Assembly: GCA_025363435.1 (NCBI GenBank)
Contig: JANYDY010000039.1
Span: forward strand, 10,093-74,092
DNA from: Betaproteobacteria bacterium
Lineage (GTDB): Bacteria; Pseudomonadota; Gammaproteobacteria; Burkholderiales; SG8-41
Length of the DNA: 64,000 bases
Direction of reading: 5' to 3'
The position numbers and the translations under genes are program-made. Of this stretch, positions 12,090 through 23,075 are shown in pieces; the stretch's first letter is position 1, and every line of letters starts with the position of its first letter. The notes under the pieces were generated by a model. That model was not told the DNA's origin, did not search any database, and saw only the letters and a list, made by a program, of their open reading frames with translations.

Positions 12090-12566
12090 CTAAACGTATT
12101 TGACCTCAATGATTGAGAACTTACGCACGCCGCCGGGCGCCTGTACTTCTGCGACATCGCCCTCGGATTTGCCGATCAATGCGCGCGCTATCGGTGAACT
12201 GATTGAAATCTTGCCGGCCTTGATATCGGCTTCATCATCGCCGACGATCTGATAGGTCACCGTATCGCCGCTGGTCTGATCTTCGAGTTCAATCGTCGCA
12301 CCGAACACGCAACGGCCATCCGCATCCAGCGTCGCCGGATCGATAACCTGGGCATTGGACAACTTACTTTCGATTTCAGCGATGCGGCCTTCAATAAAGC
12401 TTTGCCGCTCTTTGGCCGCAGCATACTCGGCATTCTCCGACAGGTCGCCGTGCGCACGCGCCTCGGCAATCGCCGCGATAATCTGCTGGCGCTTCACCGT
12501 TTTCAGATCGTGCAGTTCGGCACGCAGCTTTTCCGCGCCGAATACTGTGAGTGGAGTCTTGCTCAT
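12090..12566 (-). CDS. greA: Transcription elongation factor GreA
   Basis: 158 aa with [22 protein letters not shown] and the C-terminal [14 protein letters not shown]. Confidence 0.96.
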   Translation of the reverse strand: MSKTPLTVFGAEKLRAELHDLKTVKRQQIIAAIAEARAHGDLSENAEYAAAKERQSFIEGRIAEIESKLSNAQVIDPATLDADGRCVFGATIELEDQTSGDTVTYQIVGDDEADIKAGKISISSPIARALIGKSEGDVAEVQAPGGVRKFSIIEVKYV

Positions 12567-12601
12567 GGTGGCACCCGTTTTTAACGCGGTTTAAGCGTTG
12601 C

Positions 12602-15600
12602 TCAAAGAACCGGTTGGGCGATGCGCGCGTGCAAACCCTGCACGTCGTACGCCTTGAGATCGCGCGATTGCTGCATACCGGTACAGGACGCGCGCGCGCC
12701 GGCGAGTGTCGTGTACGCAGTAATTCTGCTTTGCAGCGCCGCACGCCGGATCGCGTAAGAATCGCGCACTGCAGCGCGCTTTTCTTCAACCGTATTGACG
12801 ATCAAGGCTATCTCCCCGTTCTTGATCATATCAAGAACGTGCGGCCGGCCTTCGGCTACCTTGTTTATCGCCAATACCTCCAGACCAGCGGCAGACAAGG
12901 CCGCGGCGGTACCGCGCGTTGCAACGAGCTGAAATCCGAGCGCCACCAGCTCCTGCGCAATCGGCACCACAGCGCGCTTGTCGGCATCGCGCACACTGAC
13001 AAAAACCCTGCCCGACACCGGCAGTCGATCGCCGGCAGCCAGCTGCGACTTGAAAAAAGCCTCGCCGAATGTCGCGCCAACGCCCATGACTTCACCGGTC
13101 GACTTCATTTCAGGCCCGAGTATGGTGTCGGCGCCGGGGAACTTGATAAAGGGGAAGACCGCTTCCTTGACCGAGAAATAAGGCGGCACCACTTCACGCA
13201 AACTGTTCTGCGCGGCAAGCGATATTCCCGCCATGCAGCGTGCCGCGATCTTCGCCAGCGGCAAACCGATCGCCTTCGACACGAACGGCACCGTGCGCGA
13301 CGCGCGCGGATTGACCTCGAGTACGTAGATCACGTCCTTGCCGTCGTTCTGCGCGTCCTTCTGGATTGCGAACTGCACGTTCATCAGGCCAACGACCTTG
13401 AGCGCATGCGCCATTGCGATGGTCTGGCGTCGCAATTCGTCCTGCACCGCCGGCGTCAGACTGAACGGTGGCAACGAGCACGCCGAATCGCCCGAGTGCA
13501 CGCCCGCCTGTTCGATGTGCTCCATGATGCCGCCGATCAGCACGTCCTTGCCGTCGCAGATCGCGTCGACGTCGACTTCGGTTGCATCGTTCAAAAAGCG
13601 GTCGAGCAACACCGGCGAATCATTCGATACCTTGACGGCCTCGCGCATGTAGCGCTCGAGGTCGCTTTGCTCGTGGACGATTTCCATTGCCCGTCCGCCC
13701 AGCACATAGGACGGACGCACCACTAGCGGGTAGCCGATTTCAGTTGCCAGCGCGAGCGCCTTTTGGCTGCTTCGCGCAGTGCGGTTCGGCGGCTGCTTGA
13801 GCTTGAGTTTGTGCAACAGCTTCTGGAAACGTTCACGGTCTTCGGCGACGTCGATCGAATCCGGCGAGGTGCCGATGATAGGCACGCCATTCGCCTCGAG
13901 ATCACGCGCGAGTTTGAGCGGCGTCTGCCCGCCGTACTGCACGATGACACCGAAGGGTTTCTCGACATGCACGATTTCGAGCACGTCTTCGAGCGTCACC
14001 GGCTCGAAATACAGGCGATCCGAGGTGTCGTAATCCGTCGATACGGTCTCCGGATTGCAATTGACCATGATCGTTTCGAAACCATCCTCGCGCAGTGCGA
14101 GTGAGGCATGCACGCAGCAATAGTCAAACTCGATGCCCTGCCCGATCCTGTTGGGACCACCACCGAGCACGATGATTTTTTTGCGTTCGGTCGGCTGCGC
14201 CTCGCACTCTTCTTCATAAGTCGAGTACATGTATGCCGTGCGCGTCGAAAATTCCGCCGCACAGGTATCCACCCGTTTATAAACAGGACGTATGCCCAGC
14301 GCGTGCCGGTGCTTACGCACCTCAGCTTCGCTCGCTTTCATCAAATAGGCAAGCCGGCGGTCGGAAAAGCCCTTGCGCTTCAACATGCGCATGGTCAGCG
14401 CATCTATCCCGCCAAGCTCGCGATCGTCTAGTTCCATTTCCAGATCGACGATTTCCTTGATCTGGGTGAGAAACCACAGATCGATTTTCGTCAACTGGTG
14501 CACTTCCTCCAGCGTAAAACCATTCTCGAACGCGTCGCCGACATACCAGATACGTTCCGGCCCCGGTTCGCCGAGTTCTTTTTCGATGGTTTCGCGGTCG
14601 GTCGTTTTTTGATTGAGGCCGTCGACACCGACCTCAAGCCCGCGCAGGGCCTTCTGAAACGATTCCTGAAAGGTGCGGCCGACCGCCATCACCTCGCCCA
14701 CCGACTTCATCTGCGTGGTCAGACGGTCGTTCGCCTGCGGAAATTTTTCAAAGGCAAAACGCGGCACCTTGGTCACCACGTAATCAATGGTCGGCTCGAA
14801 CGACGCCGGCGTCGCGCCGCCGGTAATCTCGTTGCGCAATTCGTCGAGCGTATAGCCGATCGCCAGTTTCGCTGCGACCTTGGCAATCGGAAATCCGGTC
14901 GCCTTCGACGCCAGCGCCGATGAACGCGACACCCGCGGATTCATTTCGATGATCAGCATGCGGCCATCGTCAGGGTTGATCGCGAACTGCACGTTCGAAC
15001 CACCGGTATCGACGCCGATTTCGCGCAAACAGGCGATCGAGGCATCGCGCATGATCTGGTACTCTTTGTCGGTCAGCGTCTGCGCCGGCGCCACCGTGAT
15101 CGAATCGCCGGTGTGCACGCCCATCGGGTCAAGATTCTCGATCGAACAGATGATGATGCAATTATCCTTGCGGTCGCGCACGACCTCCATCTCGTATTCT
15201 TTCCAGCCGATCACCGATTCTTCGATCAGCACTTCCTTGGTCGGCGAGGCTTCGAGGCCGCCGCTGCAAATCGCGATAAATTCTTCGCGGTTGTAGGCGA
15301 TGCCGCCGCCGGTGCCGCCGAGCGTAAATGACGGCCTGATGATCGTCGGAAAACCGACCGCCGCCTGCACCTGCAGTGCCTCTTCCAGGCTGTGCGCAAT
15401 CGCCGAGCGCGCCGATTCGAGGCCAATTTTTTTCATCGCGACTTTGAATTTCTCGCGGTCTTCGGCCTTGTCAATCGCCTCTTTTTTGGCGCCGATCATT
15501 TCGACGCCGTATTTTTCGAGCACGCCGTGCTTGGCCAGATCAAGCGCGCAGTTCAACGCGGTCTGCCCACCCATCGTCGGCAGCAAGGCATCAGGCCGCT

Positions 15601-15841
15601 CGATGGCAATAACTTTTTCGACCATGCGCCAGGTCACCGGCTCGATATAGGTCGCGTCGGCCATGTTCGGATCGGTCATGATGGTCGCCGGATTCGAATT
15701 CACCAGCACCACGCGATAACCTTCTTCGCGCAGCGCCTTGCAGGCCTGCGCGCCCGAGTAGTCGAATTCACAGGCCTGACCGATGACAATCGGACCTGCG
15801 CCTATGATTAAAATGCTTTTTATGTCGGTACGTTTCGGCAT
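12602..15841 (-). CDS. carB: Carbamoyl-phosphate synthase large subunit
   Basis: 1079 aa with duplicated ATP-grasp halves and the N-terminus [30 protein letters not shown]. Confidence 0.98.
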   Translation of the reverse strand: MPKRTDIKSILIIGAGPIVIGQACEFDYSGAQACKALREEGYRVVLVNSNPATIMTDPNMADATYIEPVTWRMVEKVIAIERPDALLPTMGGQTALNCALDLAKHGVLEKYGVEMIGAKKEAIDKAEDREKFKVAMKKIGLESARSAIAHSLEEALQVQAAVGFPTIIRPSFTLGGTGGGIAYNREEFIAICSGGLEASPTKEVLIEESVIGWKEYEMEVVRDRKDNCIIICSIENLDPMGVHTGDSITVAPAQTLTDKEYQIMRDASIACLREIGVDTGGSNVQFAINPDDGRMLIIEMNPRVSRSSALASKATGFPIAKVAAKLAIGYTLDELRNEITGGATPASFEPTIDYVVTKVPRFAFEKFPQANDRLTTQMKSVGEVMAVGRTFQESFQKALRGLEVGVDGLNQKTTDRETIEKELGEPGPERIWYVGDAFENGFTLEEVHQLTKIDLWFLTQIKEIVDLEMELDDRELGGIDALTMRMLKRKGFSDRRLAYLMKASEAEVRKHRHALGIRPVYKRVDTCAAEFSTRTAYMYSTYEEECEAQPTERKKIIVLGGGPNRIGQGIEFDYCCVHASLALREDGFETIMVNCNPETVSTDYDTSDRLYFEPVTLEDVLEIVHVEKPFGVIVQYGGQTPLKLARDLEANGVPIIGTSPDSIDVAEDRERFQKLLHKLKLKQPPNRTARSSQKALALATEIGYPLVVRPSYVLGGRAMEIVHEQSDLERYMREAVKVSNDSPVLLDRFLNDATEVDVDAICDGKDVLIGGIMEHIEQAGVHSGDSACSLPPFSLTPAVQDELRRQTIAMAHALKVVGLMNVQFAIQKDAQNDGKDVIYVLEVNPRASRTVPFVSKAIGLPLAKIAARCMAGISLAAQNSLREVVPPYFSVKEAVFPFIKFPGADTILGPEMKSTGEVMGVGATFGEAFFKSQLAAGDRLPVSGRVFVSVRDADKRAVVPIAQELVALGFQLVATRGTAAALSAAGLEVLAINKVAEGRPHVLDMIKNGEIALIVNTVEEKRAAVRDSYAIRRAALQSRITAYTTLAGARASCTGMQQSRDLKAYDVQGLHARIAQPVL

Positions 15842-15842
15842 A

Positions 15843-16988
15843 TCAGACCGTCGCCTGCTGGCGGTGTTTTTCGATTAATGCAATAAAGCGGTCGAATAAG
15901 TAACCGATATCCTGCGGGCCGGGACTCGCTTCGGGATGCCCCTGAAAACAGAAGGCCGGACGGTCTGTGCGCGTAAACCCCTGCAGCGTGCCGTCGAACA
16001 ACGACTTGTGAGTTATGCGCGTATTCGCCGGCAGCGTTGCAACGTCCACCGCGAAACCGTGGTTCTGGCTGGTAATCGCGACGCGTCCGCCATCAAGATC
16101 CTGCACCGGATGGTTTGCGCCGTGGTGGCCGAATTTCATTTTCATGGTCTTCGCACCGCTGGCCAGCGCCAGCAACTGGTGACCAAGGCAGATGCCGAAA
16201 ACCGGTATTCCCGTTTCGACGATTTCGCGGATTGCTTTGACCGCATAGTCGCAGGGCTCCGGATCGCCGGGGCCGTTGGAAAGAAATACGCCGTCGGGTT
16301 TGCGCGCCAGCACATCAGCAGCCGATGTTTGCGCCGGCACGACTTCGAGCGCGCAACCACGCGCCGCCAGCATGCGCAGAATATTACGCTTGATGCCGAA
16401 ATCGTAGGCGACTACTTTGTATTCGGGTTTTTCCTGTTTGCCATAGCCGCTGCCGAGCGCCCAGGTCGTTTCATCCCACTGGTACGGTTTTGCGCAACTG
16501 ACAACTTTGGCGAGATCCATGCCGGCAAGTCCGGGAAATTCACGTGCCGCGCGCAAAGCCGCGGCTTCGTCAATTTTTCCGGCCATGATGCAACCCTCCT
16601 GCGCCCCCTTCTCGCGCAGGATCCGCGTCAGCTTGCGCGTATCGATATCGGCAATCGCAACCACGTTGTTGGCGCGCAGATAGCCCGACAAATCCATCGT
16701 GTTGCGGAAATTACTGGCAAAACGCGGCAGATCGCGGATGACCAGACCGGCTACATATACCTTGTCCGATTCGACGTCTTCCGGATTGGTGCCGGTATTA
16801 CCGATATGCGGATAGGTCAGCGTGACGATCTGCCGGCAGTACGACGGATCAGTAAGAATTTCCTGATAGCCGGTCATCGAGGTATTAAAGACCACCTCGC
16901 CCGCCGACTGGCCCGTGGCGCCTATCGAAATGCCGCGGAAAACCGTGCCATCTTTAAGGACAAGGATGGCTGGTTCGTGTTGCGGCAC
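15843..16988 (-). CDS. carA: Carbamoyl-phosphate synthase small (glutaminase) subunit
   Basis: 381 aa with a GTG start at 16988 preceded by GGGAG. The GATase nucleophile block is [12 protein letters not shown]. Confidence 0.96.
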   Translation of the reverse strand: MPQHEPAILVLKDGTVFRGISIGATGQSAGEVVFNTSMTGYQEILTDPSYCRQIVTLTYPHIGNTGTNPEDVESDKVYVAGLVIRDLPRFASNFRNTMDLSGYLRANNVVAIADIDTRKLTRILREKGAQEGCIMAGKIDEAAALRAAREFPGLAGMDLAKVVSCAKPYQWDETTWALGSGYGKQEKPEYKVVAYDFGIKRNILRMLAARGCALEVVPAQTSAADVLARKPDGVFLSNGPGDPEPCDYAVKAIREIVETGIPVFGICLGHQLLALASGAKTMKMKFGHHGANHPVQDLDGGRVAITSQNHGFAVDVATLPANTRITHKSLFDGTLQGFTRTDRPAFCFQGHPEASPGPQDIGYLFDRFIALIEKHRQQATV

Positions 16989-17013
16989 GTGAAACTCCCG
17001 GAGTAGATATGGA

Positions 17014-17044
17014 AAGCGGGACAGGTCTCGGACCCGTCCCGCTT
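17014..17044 (-). promoter_or_regulatory. Stable stem-loop in the predicted carA 5' leader
   Basis: Outer arms AAGCGGGAC/GTCCCGCTT (9 bp) plus an inner GGTC/GACC stem. It lies between the candidate promoter (17056-17084) and the carA start (16988). The trailing sequence UUCCAUAUCU is not a canonical U-tract. Confidence 0.45.
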
Positions 17045-17055
17045 CGATCGAGCGA

Positions 17056-17084
17056 ATTATACGCTAAAGAGCGCCCGACGACAA
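17056..17084 (-). promoter_or_regulatory. Candidate sigma70 promoter for carAB
   Basis: Reverse strand reads TTGTCG-N17-TATAAT. The -35 is at 17084-17079 and the -10 at 17061-17056. Confidence 0.45.
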
Positions 17085-17133
17085 CGCGCGCGCCCCCCCC
17101 TGATTCAGTCAAGCGCCTGATTAGACGCCTGAA

Positions 17134-17940
17134 TCAATGCAGCGCCAGCACATCCTGCATATCGAACAAGCCCGATTTCCTGCCGGCGAGAAACCGCGCG
17201 GCGCGCAGGGCTCCCTGCGCATAGGTGGCACGACTCCCCGAACGCACGATGATTTCGACCCGTTCGCCGGGCCCCGCAAACATTACGGTGTGCTCGCCGA
17301 CAATATCGCCGCCGCGTACGGTGGAGAAACCGATGGTCGAATCCTTGCGCTCACCGGTAACGCCCTCGCGGCCGTAGACCGCGCACTTATCGAGGTTGCG
17401 ATCCAGCGCCTTGGCGATAATTCCACCGATATGCAATGCAGTGCCAGACGGCGCATCAACTTTATGCCGGTGATGCGCTTCGATAATCTCAACGTCATAG
17501 CCATCTTTGAGCACACCGGCGGCAATTTCCGCAAGTTTGAAAACCAGATTGGTACCGATGCTCATATTCGGCGCCATCACGATGGCGATATCGCGCGCGG
17601 CTTCGGCAATGGTTTTTTTCTGCGCGTCGCTGAAACCGGTGGTCCCGATCACCAGATTGACGCCCAGTTTGCGACAGGCGGCAAGATGCAGCAGCGTTCC
17701 CTCGGGCCGCGTAAAGTCGATCAGGGCCGAGCAGCCGCGAATCGCCGGCTCAATGTCGGCACTGATTACAACTGCCGATGCAGCGCCAATCAATTCACCC
17801 GCGTTTTTACCTATGCCCGGACTGCCCGTGACTTCAAGCGCGGCGCCCAGTTCGGTATCGGCGCCCTGCACAACGGCTTCCAGCAATGCGCGCCCCATGC
17901 GTCCGGAACTGCCGGCTACCGCTATCCTGAGTTTGGTCAT
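17134..17940 (-). CDS. dapB: 4-hydroxy-tetrahydrodipicolinate reductase
   Basis: 268 aa with the N-terminal Rossmann motif IAVAGSSGRMGRAL and EAHHRHKVDAPSGTAL. Confidence 0.95.
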   Translation of the reverse strand: MTKLRIAVAGSSGRMGRALLEAVVQGADTELGAALEVTGSPGIGKNAGELIGAASAVVISADIEPAIRGCSALIDFTRPEGTLLHLAACRKLGVNLVIGTTGFSDAQKKTIAEAARDIAIVMAPNMSIGTNLVFKLAEIAAGVLKDGYDVEIIEAHHRHKVDAPSGTALHIGGIIAKALDRNLDKCAVYGREGVTGERKDSTIGFSTVRGGDIVGEHTVMFAGPGERVEIIVRSGSRATYAQGALRAARFLAGRKSGLFDMQDVLALH

Positions 17941-17951
17941 ACCGCAATATC

Positions 17952-18707
17952 CTATATTCCGAGCTTATCGAGCATTCTGCCGAAAAACCCAGGTTTGGGT
18001 TTTTCCTTTTGCGCATCCTTCTTTGCAGCCTCAGCTTTTTTCTCATCCACTGATGCCGGCACTACAGCCTTGGCCGCTTCAGCGGGTTGGGCCTCAGCCT
18101 CGGCTTTCGCCGCTTCAGGCTTGACCAGCGGCGGTTTCGGCACTTCGGCCACCGGTTCGATTTTTTCGGGCGCCGTAACGACTGCTTTCACCGGCTCGGC
18201 TTTTTGCACTAACGGCGCTGCCGGCGGCGGTTTTAGCGCTTCAGGTTTCGCCACTACCGGCGCCACCGCTGCAGGCTTAACGACAGCTGCAGGTTTTGCG
18301 GGCTCAACCGGCGCAACCGTTTTAAGCGGTGTTTTTTCCACGACCGGCTCCTGTATCAATGCATTGTCGGTCAGTGTCACATCGCCTTCGATGCGTATCA
18401 GCTTGTCCTCGTCAAATATAACTGTGACGCGCCGGCGCTCGACCTCCTTGCCCTGCTTCTGGAACAGTGACACATAGTCCCAGCGGTCGCCGCGAAACGG
18501 ATCGACCACCAGCGGTGAACCAAGCACAAATCTCACCTGGGCGCGCGTCATCCCCGCTTTCAATTTGGAAAGCATTTCCTGGGTGATGATATTGCCTTGC
18601 TGGATATCGATTTTGTACGGGCTGATGATGGTGGGCAGTTCAAGCGCCTGTTTGCAACCGGCAAGTGCGAACACAACGCCCGCACAAACGGCCATCAGTC
18701 TGGACAT
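17952..18707 (-). CDS. bamE: Outer-membrane assembly lipoprotein BamE (SmpA/OmlA domain) with a roughly 135-aa Ala/Pro/Lys-rich C-terminal extension
   Basis: Trimmed to the ATG at 18707. Lipobox FALAGC is present. The SmpA/OmlA core reads QGNIITQEMLSKLKAGMTRAQVRFVLGSP...DRWDY. The tail is low-complexity (KPAAVVKPAAVAPVVAKPEALKPPPAAP...). Confidence 0.85.
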   Translation of the reverse strand: MSRLMAVCAGVVFALAGCKQALELPTIISPYKIDIQQGNIITQEMLSKLKAGMTRAQVRFVLGSPLVVDPFRGDRWDYVSLFQKQGKEVERRRVTVIFDEDKLIRIEGDVTLTDNALIQEPVVEKTPLKTVAPVEPAKPAAVVKPAAVAPVVAKPEALKPPPAAPLVQKAEPVKAVVTAPEKIEPVAEVPKPPLVKPEAAKAEAEAQPAEAAKAVVPASVDEKKAEAAKKDAQKEKPKPGFFGRMLDKLGI

Positions 18708-18823
18708 GCTTTGACACTCGACTTGCATCATTCAACTTTCCATGACAGCGGCGGAAACGCGGTATGATAACGCAGCCCCGTAGCAGAGGGCTGGCGAATA
18801 ATATTTACCCGCAGCGTTCTAGG

Positions 18824-19267
18824 ATGTACGTTACGCCCGTGAGTTCCCCGAACAGTTTAAAAACCAAAGGTCTCAAGGCGACGCTGCCGCGGCTGCGCAT
18901 ACTCGAATTATTCGAGAAAAGCGATGTCCGCCATCTCGCCGCAGAAGACGTCTATCGGATTCTGCTTAAGGAAGGCACCGACACCGGCCTTGCCACGGTT
19001 TACCGCGTGTTGACGCAGTTTGAGCAGGCCGGATTGCTGGTACGCCATCATTTCGAGACCGGCAAGGCGGTTTTCGAACTGAATCGCGGCGGACACCACG
19101 ATCATCTGGTCTGTCTGCAATGCGGGCGTGTCGAAGAGTTTTACGACGAGGCGATTGAAAAACGCCAGACTGCCGTCGCCCTGGAACGCGGCTTCGAGAT
19201 CCGCGAACATTCGCTGCATCTCTACGTCGATTGCACCAAGAAGAACTGCCCGAACCTGAAACGCTGA
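18824..19267 (+). CDS. fur: Ferric uptake regulator family protein
   Basis: Trimmed to the ATG at 18824. Motifs seen: [13 protein letters not shown] (winged helix) and [16 protein letters not shown] (metal sites). Confidence 0.92.
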   Translation: MYVTPVSSPNSLKTKGLKATLPRLRILELFEKSDVRHLAAEDVYRILLKEGTDTGLATVYRVLTQFEQAGLLVRHHFETGKAVFELNRGGHHDHLVCLQCGRVEEFYDEAIEKRQTAVALERGFEIREHSLHLYVDCTKKNCPNLKR

Positions 19268-19285
19268 GCCGGTCGCAACTGCGGC

Positions 19286-20947
19286 TTACGCCTTGCCGTC
19301 GAGCATTTCCGCCGCGTGTTTGCGCGTCGTCTCGGTAATTTTGACGCCGCCCAGCATGCGCGCAATTTCCTCAACCCGCGCACTATCGTCCAGCACCGTA
19401 ACCCGACTCATCACTTTGCTGCCCGCATTCGATTTACTAACCTGCCATTGCTGATCGGCCGACGCTGCAACCTGCGGCAGATGGGTCACGCACATCACTT
19501 GATGCTTGGTGCCCAGCTCTTTCAACATGCGGCCGACGATTTCGGCGACGCGACCGCCGATGCCGGCGTCAACCTCATCAAAAATCAGCGTCGGCACCGC
19601 CGCCACTTCGCTCGATGCCGTCTGCAATGCAAGGCTGATACGCGACAACTCGCCGCCGGAAGCCACTTTGGCCAGCGACCGCGCCGCGACGCCTTTGTGC
19701 GCCGACACCAGAAATTCAACCTGCTCAAGGCCGTGCGCGCCGCCCTCTTCAAGCGGGTTCAGGGCAATTTCAAAAACGCCGCCGGCCATCGCCAGCGTTT
19801 GCATTGCCTCAGTCACACGCGATGACAATTTTTTTGTCGCCTTTTTGCGCCCTGCGCTGAGTTTCGCGGCATCGGCGCGAAATGCCACACCCGCGGCAGC
19901 AGCGCGTTCGCGCACTGCTGCGATGTCGCTCCCGGCATCGAGTTCCGCCAGGCGCTGCCGCGCCCGCGCCTGCGCATCAGGCAGCGCTTCCGGGGAAACG
20001 CGGTATTTGCGCGCGCAGGCATGCACCGCCTCCAGCCGTTGATCAACCTGACGGAATCGTTGCGGATCGATGTCGAGGCGTTGCTGGTAATCGCGCAGCA
20101 TATATACCGCTTCCTGCGTTTGCGCCTGCGCCGCCGCAAGCACCTCGACAATCTCTTTCAAACGGGCGTCGTAATCGAGCAAATGGTTCAGACGCGACGC
20201 CACCTGCGCCAGTTGCGAAAGACTCGACGGGTCACCCTCGGCGAGCATGTCCATGGCGAATTGCGCGCCTTCGATCAGGCTCTGCGCGTGCGCCAGCCTG
20301 CCATGCTCGCCCTGCAGTTCCTGCCATTCGTCCGCCGCCAGATTCAGGGCGTCCATTTCGCGCAACTGCCATTCCAGCTGTTCGCGCTCTGCGGCAATCG
20401 CCGCGGCATTGGTTTCGAGCGCGCGCAAATGCTCACCAAGATCCTGCCAGCCGCGCCAAGCAATGGACACCGCTGACGCCAACTCATCCAGACCGCCGTA
20501 GGCGTCGAGCAATTGGCGTTGCGCTGCCGGCCGCATCAACGACTGATGCTCATGCTGGCCGTGTATGTCAATCAACTGCTCGCCCGCTTCGCGTAATTGC
20601 GCCAGGGTTACGGCGCGGCCGTTGATAAAAGCGCGCGAACGACCGCCGGCATCGATGACGCGCCGCATCAGGCAGCTATCGGCGTCGCCGGTGAGATCGT
20701 TATCGGCCAGCCAGCGTTTCAGCACGGACTTTGCGGCAATCTCGAACTCAGCCGAAATTTCGGTGCGTTCGGCGCCCTGCCGCACCACCGTCGCATCGCC
20801 GCGTTCGCCGAGTGCAAGTGCCAGCGCATCGATCAGGATTGATTTGCCGGCGCCCGTCTCGCCGGTAAGCGCTGTAAAACCAGCAGCGAATTCAAGTTCG
20901 ATGCGATCGACGATGACAAAATCGCGGATATTGAGGCTGCGCAGCAT
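19286..20947 (-). CDS. recN: DNA repair protein RecN
   Basis: 553 aa with Walker A LTGETGAGKSI, a long coiled-coil middle region, and the C-terminal SGGELSRISLAL and IFDEVDAGIGG. Confidence 0.96.
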   Translation of the reverse strand: MLRSLNIRDFVIVDRIELEFAAGFTALTGETGAGKSILIDALALALGERGDATVVRQGAERTEISAEFEIAAKSVLKRWLADNDLTGDADSCLMRRVIDAGGRSRAFINGRAVTLAQLREAGEQLIDIHGQHEHQSLMRPAAQRQLLDAYGGLDELASAVSIAWRGWQDLGEHLRALETNAAAIAAEREQLEWQLREMDALNLAADEWQELQGEHGRLAHAQSLIEGAQFAMDMLAEGDPSSLSQLAQVASRLNHLLDYDARLKEIVEVLAAAQAQTQEAVYMLRDYQQRLDIDPQRFRQVDQRLEAVHACARKYRVSPEALPDAQARARQRLAELDAGSDIAAVRERAAAAGVAFRADAAKLSAGRKKATKKLSSRVTEAMQTLAMAGGVFEIALNPLEEGGAHGLEQVEFLVSAHKGVAARSLAKVASGGELSRISLALQTASSEVAAVPTLIFDEVDAGIGGRVAEIVGRMLKELGTKHQVMCVTHLPQVAASADQQWQVSKSNAGSKVMSRVTVLDDSARVEEIARMLGGVKITETTRKHAAEMLDGKA

Positions 20948-20988
20948 GATTTTAGCGGCTTACACAGTGCGACGCTTATCGCGCCGCG

Positions 20989-21861
20989 CTAGTAAAACTC
21001 CGTCCAATGCAGTTTCTTGCGCAGCATGCTGTAGTAATCATGCCCTGCCGGATGCAAAAGCCGGATCGTATGCTCGTAGCGGCGCACGAGTATGCGGTCG
21101 CCGTTGCTGAGATCGAAATGCGAATGGCTGTCGAAATGTGCACGCGCATCGGCTGCGCTGCGCACAGTGATTTCAACCACGCTCTTGTCGCCGATCACAA
21201 TCGGCCGGCTCGAAAATGTGTGCGGGCAGATCGGTACCAGCGCCATTGCCGCCAGCGACGGATGAATAATCGGCCCACCTGCTGACAAGGCATATGCAGT
21301 CGAACCGGTCGGCGTCGCCACGATCAGACCGTCGCCGCGCAACGCATAGAGAAAACGCCCGTTGATCTTGACGTCGAACTCAATCATGCTGCCCTTGAGC
21401 CCCTTTGACAACACCACGTCGTTGAAGGCCAGCACGCCGAAAACCTTGTCGCCACCGCTGAAAACTTCAGCTTCGACCAGCAAACGCTCTTCGGTAACGC
21501 AGTTGCCGTCGAGGATCGCGCCTATGGTTTCGCGCATGGTGTCGATTGAAATATCAGTCAAAAAACCGAGGCGCCCCTGATTGATGCCGACCAGCGCAAC
21601 GTCAAATGGCGCCAGCACGCGCGCGATGTTGAGCATGGTGCCGTCACCGCCGAGAACGATCGCGAGTTCGGCATCGCTGCCGATCTCTTCGAGTGTACGC
21701 ACCGGAAAACGGTTGTCGCCGATATGTTGTGCGGTGAGTCCGTCGATTATGACTTTGACGCCCCGCTCCTCGAGGATATCGCCGAGCTTAAGCAAAGGCG
21801 CCGCGATTTCGGGGCTCTTGTACTTGCCGATCAGGCCAACGGTTTTAAACGCTGCGTTCAT
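20989..21861 (-). CDS. nadK: NAD kinase
   Basis: 290 aa with the GGDGTML motif and ATPTGSTAYALSAGGPI. Confidence 0.95.
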   Translation of the reverse strand: MNAAFKTVGLIGKYKSPEIAAPLLKLGDILEERGVKVIIDGLTAQHIGDNRFPVRTLEEIGSDAELAIVLGGDGTMLNIARVLAPFDVALVGINQGRLGFLTDISIDTMRETIGAILDGNCVTEERLLVEAEVFSGGDKVFGVLAFNDVVLSKGLKGSMIEFDVKINGRFLYALRGDGLIVATPTGSTAYALSAGGPIIHPSLAAMALVPICPHTFSSRPIVIGDKSVVEITVRSAADARAHFDSHSHFDLSNGDRILVRRYEHTIRLLHPAGHDYYSMLRKKLHWTEFY

Positions 21862-21957
21862 GTCTGCATTATAGGTGAGCTTATGCCTTTATCAATGCAG
21901 TCAACGCGCCAAACAGGGAATCGCACCCCGACGGCACGTTTTGTGTAGAATTCTTCG

Positions 21958-22992
21958 ATGCCCGCCGACTTCCCGAACCTCAATGAACGCGCGCAGACGC
22001 TGCTCAAGGCTTTAGTCGAGCGCTACATCGCCGATGGCCAACCGGTCGGCTCGCGTGCGCTGTCCCGCATGTCGGGCCTCGATCTTTCGCCGGCCAGCAT
22101 CCGCAACGTCATGGCCGATCTTGAAGAGATGGGTTTTATTACCAGCCCGCATACCTCCGCGGGGCGCATCCCCACGCCGCGCGGCTACCGCTTGTTTGTC
22201 GATACGCTACTCAAGATCAAACCGCTCGACAGTGTCGAAATCCACGAACTCGAGGAGCAATTGCAGACGAACAGCCGCCAGAAGCTGGTGGCTTCGGCGT
22301 CTCATGTGCTCTCCGACCTCACGCATTTTGCCGGGCTGGTGATGACGCCGCGCCGCGCCGCCATGTTCCGCCATATTGAATTTGTCAGTCTCAACGAGAA
22401 ACGCATACTGCTGATCATCGTGTCGCCCGAAGGCGACGTGCAAAACCGCATACTCACCACCAACCGCACCTACAGCCATTCGGAACTGGTGGAGGCTGCC
22501 AATATGCTCAATCAGCATTATGCCGGCCTCTCCTTTCACGAAATTCAGCATCGCGTCCATGACGAACTCAAAAAGCTGCGCGAAGAAATGTCGCATCTGA
22601 TGTCGACCGCACTGGAAGCCGGCAGCCAGGCCCTGATGGAAGCAACCGATGAAGTGGTGATTTCGGGTGAACGCAACCTGCTCGAAGTCCATGATCTTTC
22701 CGGCAACATGACAAGCCTGCGCAAACTCTTCAACCTGTTCGACCAGAAAACCAGTCTGCTGCAACTGCTTGATGTGTCGAGTCGCGCGCACGGGGTGCAG
22801 ATTTTTATCGGCGGCGAATCGGGCCTGGTGCCGCTCGACGAATGCAGCATTGTGACCGCGCCCTATGAGGTCGACGGCCAGATCGTCGGCACCCTCGGCG
22901 TGATCGGCCCGACGCGCATGGCCTACGAACGCGTCATCCCCATTGTCGACATCACTGCCAAACTGCTGTCGAGCGCGCTCTCGCAGAATTAA
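21958..22992 (+). CDS. hrcA: Heat-inducible transcription repressor HrcA
   Basis: 344 aa with [29 protein letters not shown] and C-terminal [20 protein letters not shown]. Confidence 0.95.
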   Translation: MPADFPNLNERAQTLLKALVERYIADGQPVGSRALSRMSGLDLSPASIRNVMADLEEMGFITSPHTSAGRIPTPRGYRLFVDTLLKIKPLDSVEIHELEEQLQTNSRQKLVASASHVLSDLTHFAGLVMTPRRAAMFRHIEFVSLNEKRILLIIVSPEGDVQNRILTTNRTYSHSELVEAANMLNQHYAGLSFHEIQHRVHDELKKLREEMSHLMSTALEAGSQALMEATDEVVISGERNLLEVHDLSGNMTSLRKLFNLFDQKTSLLQLLDVSSRAHGVQIFIGGESGLVPLDECSIVTAPYEVDGQIVGTLGVIGPTRMAYERVIPIVDITAKLLSSALSQN

Positions 22993-23075
22993 GCGTTAAG
23001 CAAGGCGCGCGAAAACAGGCGCAGTTTTTTCTCGTGCTTGACGTTCAATCCTTTACCCGCCCCCCCATCACCACG

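Noticed and set aside
11473-12093. 206-aa ORF (+) competing with the DUF4149-like gene on the opposite strand.
   Set aside because: The plus-strand translation is Gln/Arg/His-rich with no structure. The minus-strand product is a clean four-helix membrane protein in the expected slot next to greA.
17093-17100. C8/G8 homopolymer, considered as a slipped-strand phase-variation switch.
   Set aside because: It is only 8 nt long and lies upstream of the predicted carA promoter -35, not within a coding region or promoter spacer. There is no evidence for variability from a single sequence.
18000-18359. Ala/Pro/Lys-rich stretches recurring in BamE, SecG, S6, FtsH C-terminus, the TPR protein and RodZ, considered as a shared mobile repeat or cassette.
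   Set aside because: The nucleotide sequences are not alike. This is a compositional, GC-driven preference for PAxA-type linkers in this genome rather than a repeated element.
21862-21957. Search for a CIRCE operator (TTAGCACTC-N9-GAGTGCTAA) upstream of hrcA, and also in 22993-23075, 24171-24284 and 24843-24943.
   Set aside because: I found nothing resembling the inverted repeat in these spacers by eye. Only sigma32-type promoters are present.
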